DNA of 64,000 nt from a virus (lineage: Duplodnaviria; Caudoviricetes), in IMG/VR virus record IMGVR_UViG_3300046615_000768, positions 1 through 64,000 of that record; one strand, written 5' to 3'. Shown piece after piece: positions 35,030-44,191 of this stretch (within the stretch, counting starts at the first letter, position 1; each line of letters starts with the position of its first letter). The notes below the pieces were generated by a model. It made no database searches, was not told the DNA's origin, and worked only from the letters and a program-made list of their open reading frames with translations. The position numbers were made by a program, and so were the translations under genes.

Positions 35030-36635
35030 GGAATTCCGCCAGTCCCTGCAAGCGGCACCGTTCGAGGCGGTCGCCGACCTGTGGGAGATCATCGAGCGCA
35101 CCTATGGCATCGAGGGCAAGGCCTGGCTCGGGCGCAACGACCGCTATTACCTGTTGATCCGATTGCTGCACCGGCTTGATGCCGTGCACCCGTGGCTGTA
35201 CGCCCGGTGCCGAGAAGTGGAGGAGCGCCCAGACGGTCATCTTGACCTCTGGGCGCGATGTTGAGAACACTACAAAAGCACGGTCATTACCTACGCCGGC
35301 ATCATCCAGGCCTTGATCATCGACCCGGAAATCACGGTCGGGATTTTCAGCCACACGAAGCCAGTCGCACGTAAATTCCTGCTGCAGATCAAACAGGAGC
35401 TGGAGGCCAACGCGGACCTGAAACTGGTCTACCCGGACGTGTTCTACTCGGACCCGCGCAACGAGTCGCCGAAGTGGTCCGAAGAGAAGGGGATCGTCGT
35501 CAAGCGGCGCTCAAATCCCAAAGAAGCCTCTGTCGAGGCACACGGCCTTGTCGATGGACAGCCCACTGGCGCCCACTTCCTCCTGCGCGTGTATGACGAC
35601 GTTGTCACCCGCGAGTCGGTGAGTACCCCGGAGCAGGTGGCCAAGACGACCTCCGCATGGGAGTTGAGCGATAACCTCGGCGCCCGCGGCCCCGACGGCA
35701 AGAGCCGCGCATGGCACGTGGGCACCCGTTACTCGTTTCAGGACAGCTACCAGTCGATCATCGACCGCGGCGCGCTCATTCCGCGCCTGTACGCAGCCAC
35801 CGACAACGGTATGCCGGACGGGAAGCCGATCCTGCTGACGCCCGAGGCCTGGGCCGATCGCAAGCTCAAACAGGGCCCGGCCACCATCGCCGCGCAGATG
35901 CTGCAGAACCCTGCAGCCGGCAACCAGGCGATGTTCAGGAAGGAGTGGCTCAGCTTCATCGACATCAGGCCGGCCACCCTGAACGTCTACATCATGGTCG
36001 ACCCCGCCCACTCGAAGAAAAAGGGCAGCGACAACACCGCCATGGCCGTCGTCGGCATCGACTCGGGCGGGAACAAGTACCTGCTCGATGGGTTCAGGCA
36101 CAAAATGGGCCTGCGCGAACGCTGGGAGGCCATGCGTGGCCTGCGCAAGGTGTGGATCGCACAGCCAGGCGTGCAAATGGTCAAGGTGGGCTATGAGCGT
36201 TACGGCCTTCAAGCCGACCTCGAATATTTCGAGGAGCAGATGCAGCGCGAGAAGGATGCCTTCCACATCGACGAGCTGAATTGGGTCAGCGAGGGCGGGC
36301 AATCGAAAGACGATCGCGTGCAAAGGCTCCAGCCGGACTTCATGTCCAAGCGGTTCTACCTGGCCGCGGTGGTGCAGGGCGAGACGGCGAACCAGAAGCG
36401 CATCCGCGAGCAGGGCCAGTCGTTCAGGATCTTCCGGCCGGTCAACCGCAGGGACCACGAGGGCAATATCTACAGCCTGAACAAGGGCTTCCTCGAAGAA
36501 TATCTGACGTACCCGTTCAGCGCGAAGAAGGACCTCATTGACGCAGTCTCCCGAGTGTTCGACTTGGAGCCGGTCGCGCCGACCATCATCGACGAACGGG
36601 TCCTCGAACCCGAGGTCTACGATGACGGCATGTAA
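35010..36635 (+). pseudogene. terL: Terminase large subunit with an in-frame TGA at 35262-35264 (readthrough, defect or sequence error)
   Basis: One frame from 35010 to 36635 apart from the TGA; LWAR-C-*-EHYKST (Walker A), VYDDVV (Walker B), nuclease IMVDPAHS and DLIDAVS. Confidence 0.85.
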
Positions 36636-36671
36636 TAGAATCGGTCGGGACAGGCAACCAACGAGGACAGC

Positions 36672-36899
36672 ATGACCGACCGTGATGTGAAGGGCATTTT
36701 CTGTGACAGCGCCTATCTCGCGGCCGCGCTGCGCAACATGGCCGACGAAGCACACGCCGATGGCCAGCACGCGGACAACTACCACCTCGAAGAAGCAGCG
36801 GACCACATCGAGTGCCTGTACGCCGATGCCTGCGACATGCAACGCACCATCAAGCGCCTGCGCGCCGAGCTGGCCGCAAAAGAAAAGCGCGCTGCCTGA
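36672..36899 (+). CDS. Hypothetical protein
   Basis: RBS GAGGA. Confidence 0.55.
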   Translation: MTDRDVKGIFCDSAYLAAALRNMADEAHADGQHADNYHLEEAADHIECLYADACDMQRTIKRLRAELAAKEKRAA

Positions 36900-36935
36900 C
36901 TGGCCAGCGCGCCTGCAAGAGGGAGACGAAGCCGG

Positions 36936-37418
36936 CTAGTGCATGCTGCCGTCATGCTTCTCAAGCGTCCGGCTCTGCCGGATCATCTCGGCCTGCTCCT
37001 TGCCGATCCGGATCAGCTCGGCGCCACTGCCAACTGGCCACGGGAACTGCTCCCAATCGGTGGCCGCGGCCTGCAGCTCCGCAAGTGGCGCGTTCTCGAT
37101 CATGGCCAAGCACTCTTCAAGGTGCAGGTACTGCTGGTCAGGCTCCATCGGGCGCTGTTCCTGATTGCGCAGCATGTCGAGCGCACAGAGGGCAGCTAGC
37201 TGCCAGGCAGCGATAGCCGCGTCGAGATAGGTACGAAAGCGCATCATCGCCACGGCCTGTGCCGCAGCGACCTTGTCCGGCACGAACGGATTCACACTCG
37301 GTTCCGGCGGCAGCAGCGCCGTCACCACGGCAGCTGCGTCTTTCGCCACTTCGAGCACAGTCGCATCGAGGGCAAGGTGGGCTACGTCCTCTTCGCGCAT
37401 GTCACGTTGGAAGTTCAT
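36936..37418 (-). CDS. Hypothetical protein (second antisense island)
   Basis: RBS GGAG. Confidence 0.55.
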   Translation of the reverse strand: MNFQRDMREEDVAHLALDATVLEVAKDAAAVVTALLPPEPSVNPFVPDKVAAAQAVAMMRFRTYLDAAIAAWQLAALCALDMLRNQEQRPMEPDQQYLHLEECLAMIENAPLAELQAAATDWEQFPWPVGSGAELIRIGKEQAEMIRQSRTLEKHDGSMH

Positions 37419-37427
37419 GGCAGTCTC

Positions 37428-37745
37428 CTATGCGTCGACGACATGGTCGGCGAAGTGCTGCTCGATGGCCTCGGTGTCGAGGAACTGCTCGGCCCAGGCC
37501 AGCGCCTCGTCACGATCCATCGGGATCAGGTCCTCGCTGCCGGTCATGCCGTTGCTGCCGACCGGCTTGGCAAAGCGCGTCATCGGGCCACCTTCGCCGA
37601 CCAGGAAGAAGCGCCGCGACTTCGGTGACACGTACAGCGCAGCTTCCCAATCACGAAAGTCGTTGCGCCCCAGGTTCGTCGCGTACTCGCCGACCAGCGT
37701 CGCCTTGTCGCTGTCATACCGCACGCCATTGATGATCTTCTTCAT
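37428..37745 (-). CDS. Conserved mobile-element hypothetical protein
   Basis: MKKIINGVRYDSDKA...LY....FFLVGEGGPMTRFA pattern; RBS GGAGG. Confidence 0.7.
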   Translation of the reverse strand: MKKIINGVRYDSDKATLVGEYATNLGRNDFRDWEAALYVSPKSRRFFLVGEGGPMTRFAKPVGSNGMTGSEDLIPMDRDEALAWAEQFLDTEAIEQHFADHVVDA

Positions 37746-37788
37746 CGCTTCCTCCGTAGGTTGACGCGGGCACGCACCCGCTAAGTGC

Positions 37789-37817
37789 ATCGTAGTACGC
37801 ACCCGCAGGGTGCGCAA
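37789..37817 (-). promoter_or_regulatory. Putative sigma70 promoter with an overlapping palindrome
   Basis: TTGCGC-N17-TACGAT; GCACCC-GCA-GGGTGC at 37799-37813. Confidence 0.5.
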
Positions 37818-37843
37818 GGGGAATCACTCAGCCGTGCGCGGCA

Positions 37844-38000
37844 CCCCGACAAGACCCGGCAAGACCCCGACAAGACCCCGGCAAGGCCCGCTGCCTTGAC
37901 GTTTCATCTGATCCCACTACCGCGACCGCACCGAGATCACGCCGCCCGGCGCGTCCAGGCGCGTCCAGACGCGTCTTGGCGCGTCTTGGCGCGTCCAGCT
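37844..38000. repeat. Two helically phased 10-11 bp repeat tracts
   Basis: CCC(C)G(A/G)CAAG(A/G) x4 at 37844-37886; GCGTC(CA/TT)G(G/A)C-like x5 at 37951-38000. Confidence 0.75.
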
Positions 38001-38016
38001 GAACGAGGAACACGAC

Positions 38017-38286
38017 ATGAAGCCACTTCAACCCGTACTTCCGGTCCAGCCGGTCAAGTCGGTGCAGCCGGCGCGCACGGTCAAGACCGTCAAGCCGGTC
38101 GCCGCGCCGGCCAAGCCGGCCCCGATCTCGTTGCCCAAGCGCTCGAACATGGCACGGCCACCCGTGGCCAAGACCAAGCGCGTGGTGCCGAGCGTGCCGA
38201 GCGGTCGCGGCGTCGTCCGCACCGACACCCATAACGCCGCCAACCAGGTGCCGGCAGCAGCCAAGCACAAGAAGCGCGGCCTGTAA
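38017..38286 (+). CDS. Small basic Lys/Pro-rich protein
   Basis: RBS GAGGA. Confidence 0.55.
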   Translation: MKPLQPVLPVQPVKSVQPARTVKTVKPVAAPAKPAPISLPKRSNMARPPVAKTKRVVPSVPSGRGVVRTDTHNAANQVPAAAKHKKRGL

Positions 38287-38297
38287 GGAGCTATCAC

Positions 38298-38474
38298 ATG
38301 GCAGATCCGACGATCCCGAGCTTTTCCGAGCAGCTGTGGTCCGAGCAGGTGGGACTTGCAGGCGGCACCAACGAGGACGGCCCCGGCTACGTGTTCTCGT
38401 CCGGCCGCACCTTCGTCAAGACCCCGTATGACCCGCCTGTGCCGGTCCCGCTGCCCGAGGAGCCGACGCCTTGA
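38298..38474 (+). CDS. Small hypothetical protein (not in the ORF track)
   Basis: AAGGAG RBS; MADPTIPSFSEQ...PEEPTP*. Confidence 0.55.
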   Translation: MADPTIPSFSEQLWSEQVGLAGGTNEDGPGYVFSSGRTFVKTPYDPPVPVPLPEEPTP

Positions 38475-38626
38475 GCGAGCTGCGCGACCTCGCACGCGAC
38501 GAATACGACGCCCTGCCCGAGGCGATCCGCTGGAACTACACCTGGGACCAGTACCAGTGGCTGTCCGACGCCGAGAAGGCGCGCCTGATCCAAATCGAGA
38601 CGGAGCCCGAACAGTATGTCGACTAG
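38471..38626 (+). CDS. Small hypothetical protein (not in the ORF track)
   Basis: TTG start overlapping the upstream TGA; EYDALPEAIRWNYTWDQYQWLSD. Confidence 0.5.
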   Translation: MSELRDLARDEYDALPEAIRWNYTWDQYQWLSDAEKARLIQIETEPEQYVD

Positions 38627-38840
38627 CCGTCACCCCAGGTTCGAGAAGCGCATCGAGCCGCGCGTCGTCACCTACCGCCTGACCCGCTACCTGAACGCGG
38701 TCCCGTTCGGCATCGAGCTGTGTGTCGTGCGCGAAGAGTACGAGCTGGGCCGCGCCGTCGTGGCACGGCGCCTGCTGCGGGCCCGCACGAAGCTGCGCCA
38801 GATGGCCGCTGCCGTCGCCACCAACAGGGAGTTCGCATGA
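38616..38840 (+). CDS. Hypothetical protein
   Basis: Coupled operon. Confidence 0.5.
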   Translation: MSTSRHPRFEKRIEPRVVTYRLTRYLNAVPFGIELCVVREEYELGRAVVARRLLRARTKLRQMAAAVATNREFA

Positions 38841-39190
38841 CCCGACTACTGAACGGCCTCGACGAGACCGCCATCACCAGCGCGCACGACCACACGCTGG
38901 CGAAAGAAATGGCCGACGCACTGCTGGACCACTACCCCGGCCACCTGTGGGCGGTATCCGCTGACTCCTCGACGGGCATGTGCGACATCAGGAACCTGCT
39001 GTTCAGCGGCGAGTGGGGCTACCGCCTCAAGATCCCGCTGATCTACAGCGCGTCGGCCTTCAAGCAGGACGTGATCCGCGCCGGTGGCGAGATCCTCGAA
39101 CGCTTCCGTACCGCGCGTGGCCGCTTCGATGAGGGCCACTACGCCGGTTTGCAAACCAACTTCGCGGGCGACTTCAAGCCTGACCTCTAA
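38837..39190 (+). CDS. Conserved phage protein upstream of the portal
   Basis: LxxHYPGHLWAV...WGY.L...RAGGEILER. Confidence 0.7.
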   Translation: MTRLLNGLDETAITSAHDHTLAKEMADALLDHYPGHLWAVSADSSTGMCDIRNLLFSGEWGYRLKIPLIYSASAFKQDVIRAGGEILERFRTARGRFDEGHYAGLQTNFAGDFKPDL

Positions 39191-42013
39191 ATGACCTCTA
39201 CCCCCGACTGGCTGACACTGGCGCGCGACGCCTACACTGCCTCGACCGCCTATTTTGATGCGTCGATCCGGCAGCAGATCGAAGCCGATCTGCGCCAGTC
39301 GCAAGGGCAGCACCCGACCGGCTCGAAGTACCTGTCCGACCGCGGCCGCTCGCGCCTGTTCCGACCCAAGACGCGCGCCACGATCCGCAAGAATGAAGCC
39401 CAGGCCGCCGAGGCCTTCTTCTCGACCACGGACGTGGTGGCGATCTCCCCCGAGAACGACAACGACCCGGTGCAAAAGGCGAGCGCTGCCGTCATGGGCG
39501 AGCTGCTGCAGTACAGGCTCACCAAGAGCATCCCGTGGTTCCTCACCCTCGTCGGTGCCTATCAGGACGCGCAGACCGTCGGCGTCGTGGCCTCGTACCA
39601 GTATTGGGAGTACAACGAGAAGCGGAAGATCGACCGGCCAGCGATCCGCCTGATCCCTGTGGAGAATTTGCGCTTCGACCCCGGTGCGAACTGGACCGAC
39701 CCGGTCGGCACCAGCCCCTACATCGTGGAGCTGATCCCGATGTATTTGGGCGAGGTCCGTCGCCGCATGAACAGCCCCGACCCCAAGACCGGCGAGGCCA
39801 AGTGGAAGAACCTGCCCGACGCCGTCATCCTGACCGCGACGAAGTCCTACGGCGACACGATCCGCATGCAGCGCGAGGGCCAGCGCACCGATTCCAAGTA
39901 CCAGACGCAGGCCAACAATTCGTACAACATCGTCTGGGTGCACAAGAACATCGTCAGCGTCGACGACGAGGACTTTGTCTATTACACGCTGGGCGTCGAC
40001 CACCTGCTGTCGGACCCGCGCCCGCTCTCCGAAGTCTACTTCCACGGCAAGCGCCCGTATGTGATCGGTTCCTGCGTGGTCGAGACGCACAAGAACTACC
40101 CGTCCGGCGTGCCGCGCCTGACGCGCGACGTGCAGGCCGAGATCAACGAAGTGGCGAACTCGCGCATCGACAACGTCAAATTGGCGATGAATAAACGCTA
40201 CTTCGCGCGCAGGAACAAACAGGTCGATATCCGCAGCGTCACGCGCAACGTGCCGGGATCAGTGACCCTGATGCAGGACACGGACGATGTGAAGGTCGTC
40301 GAATTCAACGACGTGACCGGCTCCAGCTACAAGGAGCAGGAGGTGTTGAACCTCGATTTCGACGACATGGCCGGTGCCTTCTCGGGATCGAGCGTACAGA
40401 GCAACCGCAAGCTGAACGAGACGGTCGGCGGCATGAACCTGCTGTCCACCACGGCCAATCAGGTGTCCGGCTACCAGCTGCGGACCTTCGTGGAGACGTG
40501 GGTTGAGCCCGTGCTGCGCCAGATCGTCATGCTCGAACAGTATTACGAAACGGACGAAACAGTCCTCGGCCTGTGTGGCCAGGCTGCGGGCCTGTTCCAG
40601 AAGTTCGGCATCGACCAGATCACCGACGACATGCTGATGCAAGAGTTCACCTTGAATGTGAATGTTGGCATGGGAGCAACGAATCCGCAGGAACAGGTGC
40701 AACAGTTCATCAGCGGCATGCAGGCACTGCGCGACATTCTCGCCGACGGTTCCCTCATGGGCCTGGGCCTGAAAGTGGACGAAGTCATCACCGAACTGTT
40801 CGGCAAGCTTGGCTACAAGGATGGCAGTCGCTTCTTCGAGCTGGAACAGCAGGACCCGCAGATCGCGCAGATGCAGCAGACCATCGACCAGCTCAAGGCG
40901 GATCTGGAGAAGAAGATGCCGCAGGAGCTGCTGGAGGCGACGATCCGCCGCATCGACGCCGAGATCGCGTCCATGGGCGTGCGCGACAAGGTGGGCAACG
41001 CCGAAGCGGTCAAGAAGGGCTCCGAGGCGCAGTTCTCGGCCATGCAGACGGCGGAAGTCATCGCCGCCGTGCCAGCCGTGGCACCGATCGCGGACGAACT
41101 GATGAAGGCAGCGGGCTACGTGGTCCCGACGCCGACCGGCGTCGACCCGAACTTCCCGCAGCCGGCCACGCCGGACGCCGCGCTCGGCATCGAGGCGGTC
41201 AAGAACAGGCGCACGGGCATGGCCTTCATGCCTGGAGCGCCCGGACTGCCGGCGCCGTCGACCACCCTGCAGCCAGCCGCGCCCGCGGACTCGAACACCG
41301 GCCAGCGGCAAGGCATCGAGACGGTACGCCCCGACAGCATCGCCCAGGCAGCGTTCGCCGACGGTGGACTGGTCCCGGCCCCGGACGAATACCTGACCTC
41401 GTACACCGCGCCGCACCAGTATTCCGCGCAGCCGGTCCAGCAGGTCGTGCCCCCTTCGGTAATGCAGCAGATGACGCGGGCGATTGACAAGAACGGCGGC
41501 GACTTCATCAACGCGAGCGGCCAGCTCGACAACCTGCACGGCTACAACCTGGCAGCAGCGGGGATCGAGACGAACCTGCCGTACAGCCAGATCAAGGCCG
41601 AAGTGAACAACTCGATGGTCAAGAGCGCGCTGAGTGAGTCGGCGTTCAACACCGGCAAGATGGGCGGCAGGATGAGCGAGGTCGTTGGCTACGCCGACGG
41701 GGGCGTCATCAGCGGCCCCGGCACCGGCACCTCGGATTCGATTGCCGCCATGGCTGCAGGACAGCCACTGGCCGTCTCGAACGGCGAATACCACGTGCCG
41801 GCCGCAGTGGTCGAAGCGCTCGGCGCCGACTTCTTCGAGCGCCTGATCGAGGACTTCCACACGCCGACCGGCTCGCCAGACCCCGCCATGCCCGTCTCGG
41901 GCGAGCCGCTGGCCATGGAACCGGGAGATTTCGTGGTCCCGGCTGATGTCGTCGAGGCCTTGGGCCGTGACTTCTTCGACAAGCTCGTCGCCACGTTCGG
42001 AGGTGCGCAATGA
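39191..42013 (+). CDS. Portal protein with a long C-terminal extension
   Basis: Position between terL and scaffold/capsid; LFRPKTR...E, FxWEY, DPxA, ETxGG...G..LRTFVETW motifs of podovirus-type portals. Confidence 0.8.
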   Translation: MTSTPDWLTLARDAYTASTAYFDASIRQQIEADLRQSQGQHPTGSKYLSDRGRSRLFRPKTRATIRKNEAQAAEAFFSTTDVVAISPENDNDPVQKASAAVMGELLQYRLTKSIPWFLTLVGAYQDAQTVGVVASYQYWEYNEKRKIDRPAIRLIPVENLRFDPGANWTDPVGTSPYIVELIPMYLGEVRRRMNSPDPKTGEAKWKNLPDAVILTATKSYGDTIRMQREGQRTDSKYQTQANNSYNIVWVHKNIVSVDDEDFVYYTLGVDHLLSDPRPLSEVYFHGKRPYVIGSCVVETHKNYPSGVPRLTRDVQAEINEVANSRIDNVKLAMNKRYFARRNKQVDIRSVTRNVPGSVTLMQDTDDVKVVEFNDVTGSSYKEQEVLNLDFDDMAGAFSGSSVQSNRKLNETVGGMNLLSTTANQVSGYQLRTFVETWVEPVLRQIVMLEQYYETDETVLGLCGQAAGLFQKFGIDQITDDMLMQEFTLNVNVGMGATNPQEQVQQFISGMQALRDILADGSLMGLGLKVDEVITELFGKLGYKDGSRFFELEQQDPQIAQMQQTIDQLKADLEKKMPQELLEATIRRIDAEIASMGVRDKVGNAEAVKKGSEAQFSAMQTAEVIAAVPAVAPIADELMKAAGYVVPTPTGVDPNFPQPATPDAALGIEAVKNRRTGMAFMPGAPGLPAPSTTLQPAAPADSNTGQRQGIETVRPDSIAQAAFADGGLVPAPDEYLTSYTAPHQYSAQPVQQVVPPSVMQQMTRAIDKNGGDFINASGQLDNLHGYNLAAAGIETNLPYSQIKAEVNNSMVKSALSESAFNTGKMGGRMSEVVGYADGGVISGPGTGTSDSIAAMAAGQPLAVSNGEYHVPAAVVEALGADFFERLIEDFHTPTGSPDPAMPVSGEPLAMEPGDFVVPADVVEALGRDFFDKLVATFGGAQ

Positions 42014-42303
42014 ATGACCAGTTCGAGCCGGCCGAAGTAGGCGAGCTGCTGAAAACCGTCGAACTCGGCCTCGATGTGGCGCAGTTTCTGCGCTCGCCTG
42101 TTGGCCAGTACCTGATGCAGAAGGCCGACGACGAGCGCGCCGACGCCCTGGCCGACCTCGTCGACGTATCCCCAAGAGACCCCGAAGCGATCCGCGCCCT
42201 GCAATCAACCATCAAGCGCGCCGACAGCATTCAGTTCTGGTTGAAAGACGCAGTACAAGCCGGCATCAACGCCGAAGCACAACTTGACCCCCGTGGAGAG
42301 TGA
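42010..42303 (+). CDS. Conserved small protein downstream of the portal
   Basis: FLRSPVGQYL...L...Q...WL..A...G..A. Confidence 0.65.
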   Translation: MNDQFEPAEVGELLKTVELGLDVAQFLRSPVGQYLMQKADDERADALADLVDVSPRDPEAIRALQSTIKRADSIQFWLKDAVQAGINAEAQLDPRGE

Positions 42304-42579
42304 ATGATCGACCTCGAATCCCTGATGGACCAGCTGGAAGAAGCCGAAGCACTGCTGTTGGAGCCGCGCGAGTTCTTCGATGAAGCGCTGCTCGGGATTT
42401 CCGACAGCGCGCAGGGGCAGCGGGTGGCCGTCTACGAGATCGGCAAGTGCATCGCGGCCCTGATGAAGGGCTACGAGTGGGACTTCGAGACGGCGCAGGA
42501 ATGGTTCGAGTTCAACACCATCGGCGCCTACGTCGGTGAGGGGACGCCGCTGTTCCTCGACCTGCTGGTGCGCGACTGA
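42304..42579 (+). CDS. Conserved phage hypothetical protein
   Basis: DEALLG...VAVY...EAxEWFEFNTxGAYVGEGTP. Confidence 0.7.
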   Translation: MIDLESLMDQLEEAEALLLEPREFFDEALLGISDSAQGQRVAVYEIGKCIAALMKGYEWDFETAQEWFEFNTIGAYVGEGTPLFLDLLVRD

Positions 42580-42593
42580 ACGGAGTCGCGCCA

Positions 42594-42815
42594 GTGAAGA
42601 CCATCGTGCACGTGAACCAGCACGCAGTGAAGCGTAACGCGAAGGAGGGGACCCGCGACCCGGTCCTCACCGTCAAGACCTACAAATCGAACCAGTACGC
42701 GCACCAGGTGGAGATCGACGGCCCGAGTCGCGTTGTCTACTCGCCCGACAAGCCCCTGTCCTGCGGCGCCCGCGTCTGGATCGAGACGACCAGCCCGGTC
42801 CACATCATCGAATAA
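42594..42815 (+). CDS. Conserved phage hypothetical protein
   Basis: VHVNQH..K.N...PVLTVKTYKSN.Y...VYSPDKPLSCGARVWIET. Confidence 0.75.
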   Translation: MKTIVHVNQHAVKRNAKEGTRDPVLTVKTYKSNQYAHQVEIDGPSRVVYSPDKPLSCGARVWIETTSPVHIIE

Positions 42816-42841
42816 CGCACGTCCCACCATCGGGAGCGGCC

Positions 42842-43045
42842 ATGTCACCAGCACTGCAAGGCGTCATGCAAACCCTGCGCGACTTCGCCGCAGATCCGTT
42901 CTCGATTGCCTACGTCTTCGCCACGAAGACCGGCAAGCGAATCCTCGTCTACCCGGAGGAGATCGACGCCCACCCGACCGACGAAGGCCTGCTTGCCTAC
43001 CTGGGCGAGCGCATCAAGGCCAAGGACGAGGGCCGTACCGAATAG
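42842..43045 (+). CDS. Hypothetical protein
   Basis: RBS GGGAG. Confidence 0.5.
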   Translation: MSPALQGVMQTLRDFAADPFSIAYVFATKTGKRILVYPEEIDAHPTDEGLLAYLGERIKAKDEGRTE

Positions 43046-43124
43046 ATTCAGGCCGCCGTCCTGGTGGCCTTCCTGCCCGCTCGGCGCTCTGTCTGGCGGG
43101 CTCTTTTATATCAGGAGTTTCTAA

Positions 43125-44162
43125 ATGGCAGACAGCGCTATCCAACCGGACGTGCAGGAAGCAGCAGCAACCGTCGTAACCGAAGTACCGAAAACCCCAC
43201 GCGAGCTGGCTCTTGAACAGCTCGAACAGCGTCACCAGCAGCAGATGGCCGAATCGAACGGCTACGAGCTGCCGATGGACGACGACGATCCGGCGCCGGC
43301 GCCGCAAGCACAGCCCGAGAAGGTCGACCAGCTCGCCGCGCAGATGGCCGACCCGGTCGTGACCGAGACGCCGGACCGTGTGCGCATCAAGGTCGACGGC
43401 GTCGAAACCGACGTGCCGCTCGATGAAGTGGTGCGCCAGTACCAGAAGCACAGCAGCGCGGACCGCCGCCTGGCCGAAGCGACGCGCCTCCTGCGCGAAG
43501 CCGAAGCCACCCAGGCACGGATCGCACAGGAAGCGCAGGAAGCACAGCTGCGCGCGCAGCAGAACCAGCAACAGCCGCAGCAGCAGGCGGCAGCATCGGA
43601 AGCAGGAACCGACGCTCCAGAGACGGAAGCGTCAGGCAAGGAATTCCTCAAGGCCCTCTTCGAGGGTGACGAGGAGAACGCGTTGGCAGCGTTGCAGAAG
43701 GTTGTGGGAGGACGGCAGCAGGCGCAAGCGCCCGCGCCCACCCTCGACATCGACCAGATCGCACAGGCCGTCACGCACCAAGTGCAGCAAAAGCTCGTCG
43801 TAGAGAGTGCATTGACGCAGAACCAGCAGACGTACCCCGAGTTGTATAGCGATCCCGATATGGAAGCCCTCGCCCTCACCAAGATCCAGCGCCTGCGCGA
43901 GCAGACCGGCACCGATTTTCTCAGTGCCCTGGACACCGTGAGCCGCGACATGGCAACCAAGTTCGGATGGAGCGCGCATGCAGACCAGGGCCGACAGGCT
44001 GATCCTGCACCGACCACATCGAACCGAACGGCAAAGCTGGATGCAAAGCGACAGATCGACAACGTCTCGTCGGTCAACACAAAAACCACGAGCAGCGAAG
44101 TGCAGCCCGAAAATCCAAGCGACGTGATCGCGGCGATGAAGGCGGCACGCGCGGGCGCGTGA
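43125..44162 (+). CDS. Capsid scaffolding protein
   Basis: Acidic, Gln-rich coiled coil, IKVDGVETDVPLDEV, immediately before the capsid gene. Confidence 0.75.
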   Translation: MADSAIQPDVQEAAATVVTEVPKTPRELALEQLEQRHQQQMAESNGYELPMDDDDPAPAPQAQPEKVDQLAAQMADPVVTETPDRVRIKVDGVETDVPLDEVVRQYQKHSSADRRLAEATRLLREAEATQARIAQEAQEAQLRAQQNQQQPQQQAAASEAGTDAPETEASGKEFLKALFEGDEENALAALQKVVGGRQQAQAPAPTLDIDQIAQAVTHQVQQKLVVESALTQNQQTYPELYSDPDMEALALTKIQRLREQTGTDFLSALDTVSRDMATKFGWSAHADQGRQADPAPTTSNRTAKLDAKRQIDNVSSVNTKTTSSEVQPENPSDVIAAMKAARAGA

Positions 44163-44191
44163 TCCATCTTTCTTACTAGGAGTACACAATC

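Noticed and set aside
35259-35300. Selenocysteine (Cys-Sec) or intein remnant at the terL TGA
   Set aside because: No SECIS-like hairpin follows the UGA; an intein needs Cys, Ser or Thr at +1 but the next residue is Glu; many other genes here use TGA as a normal stop, so genome-wide recoding is unlikely
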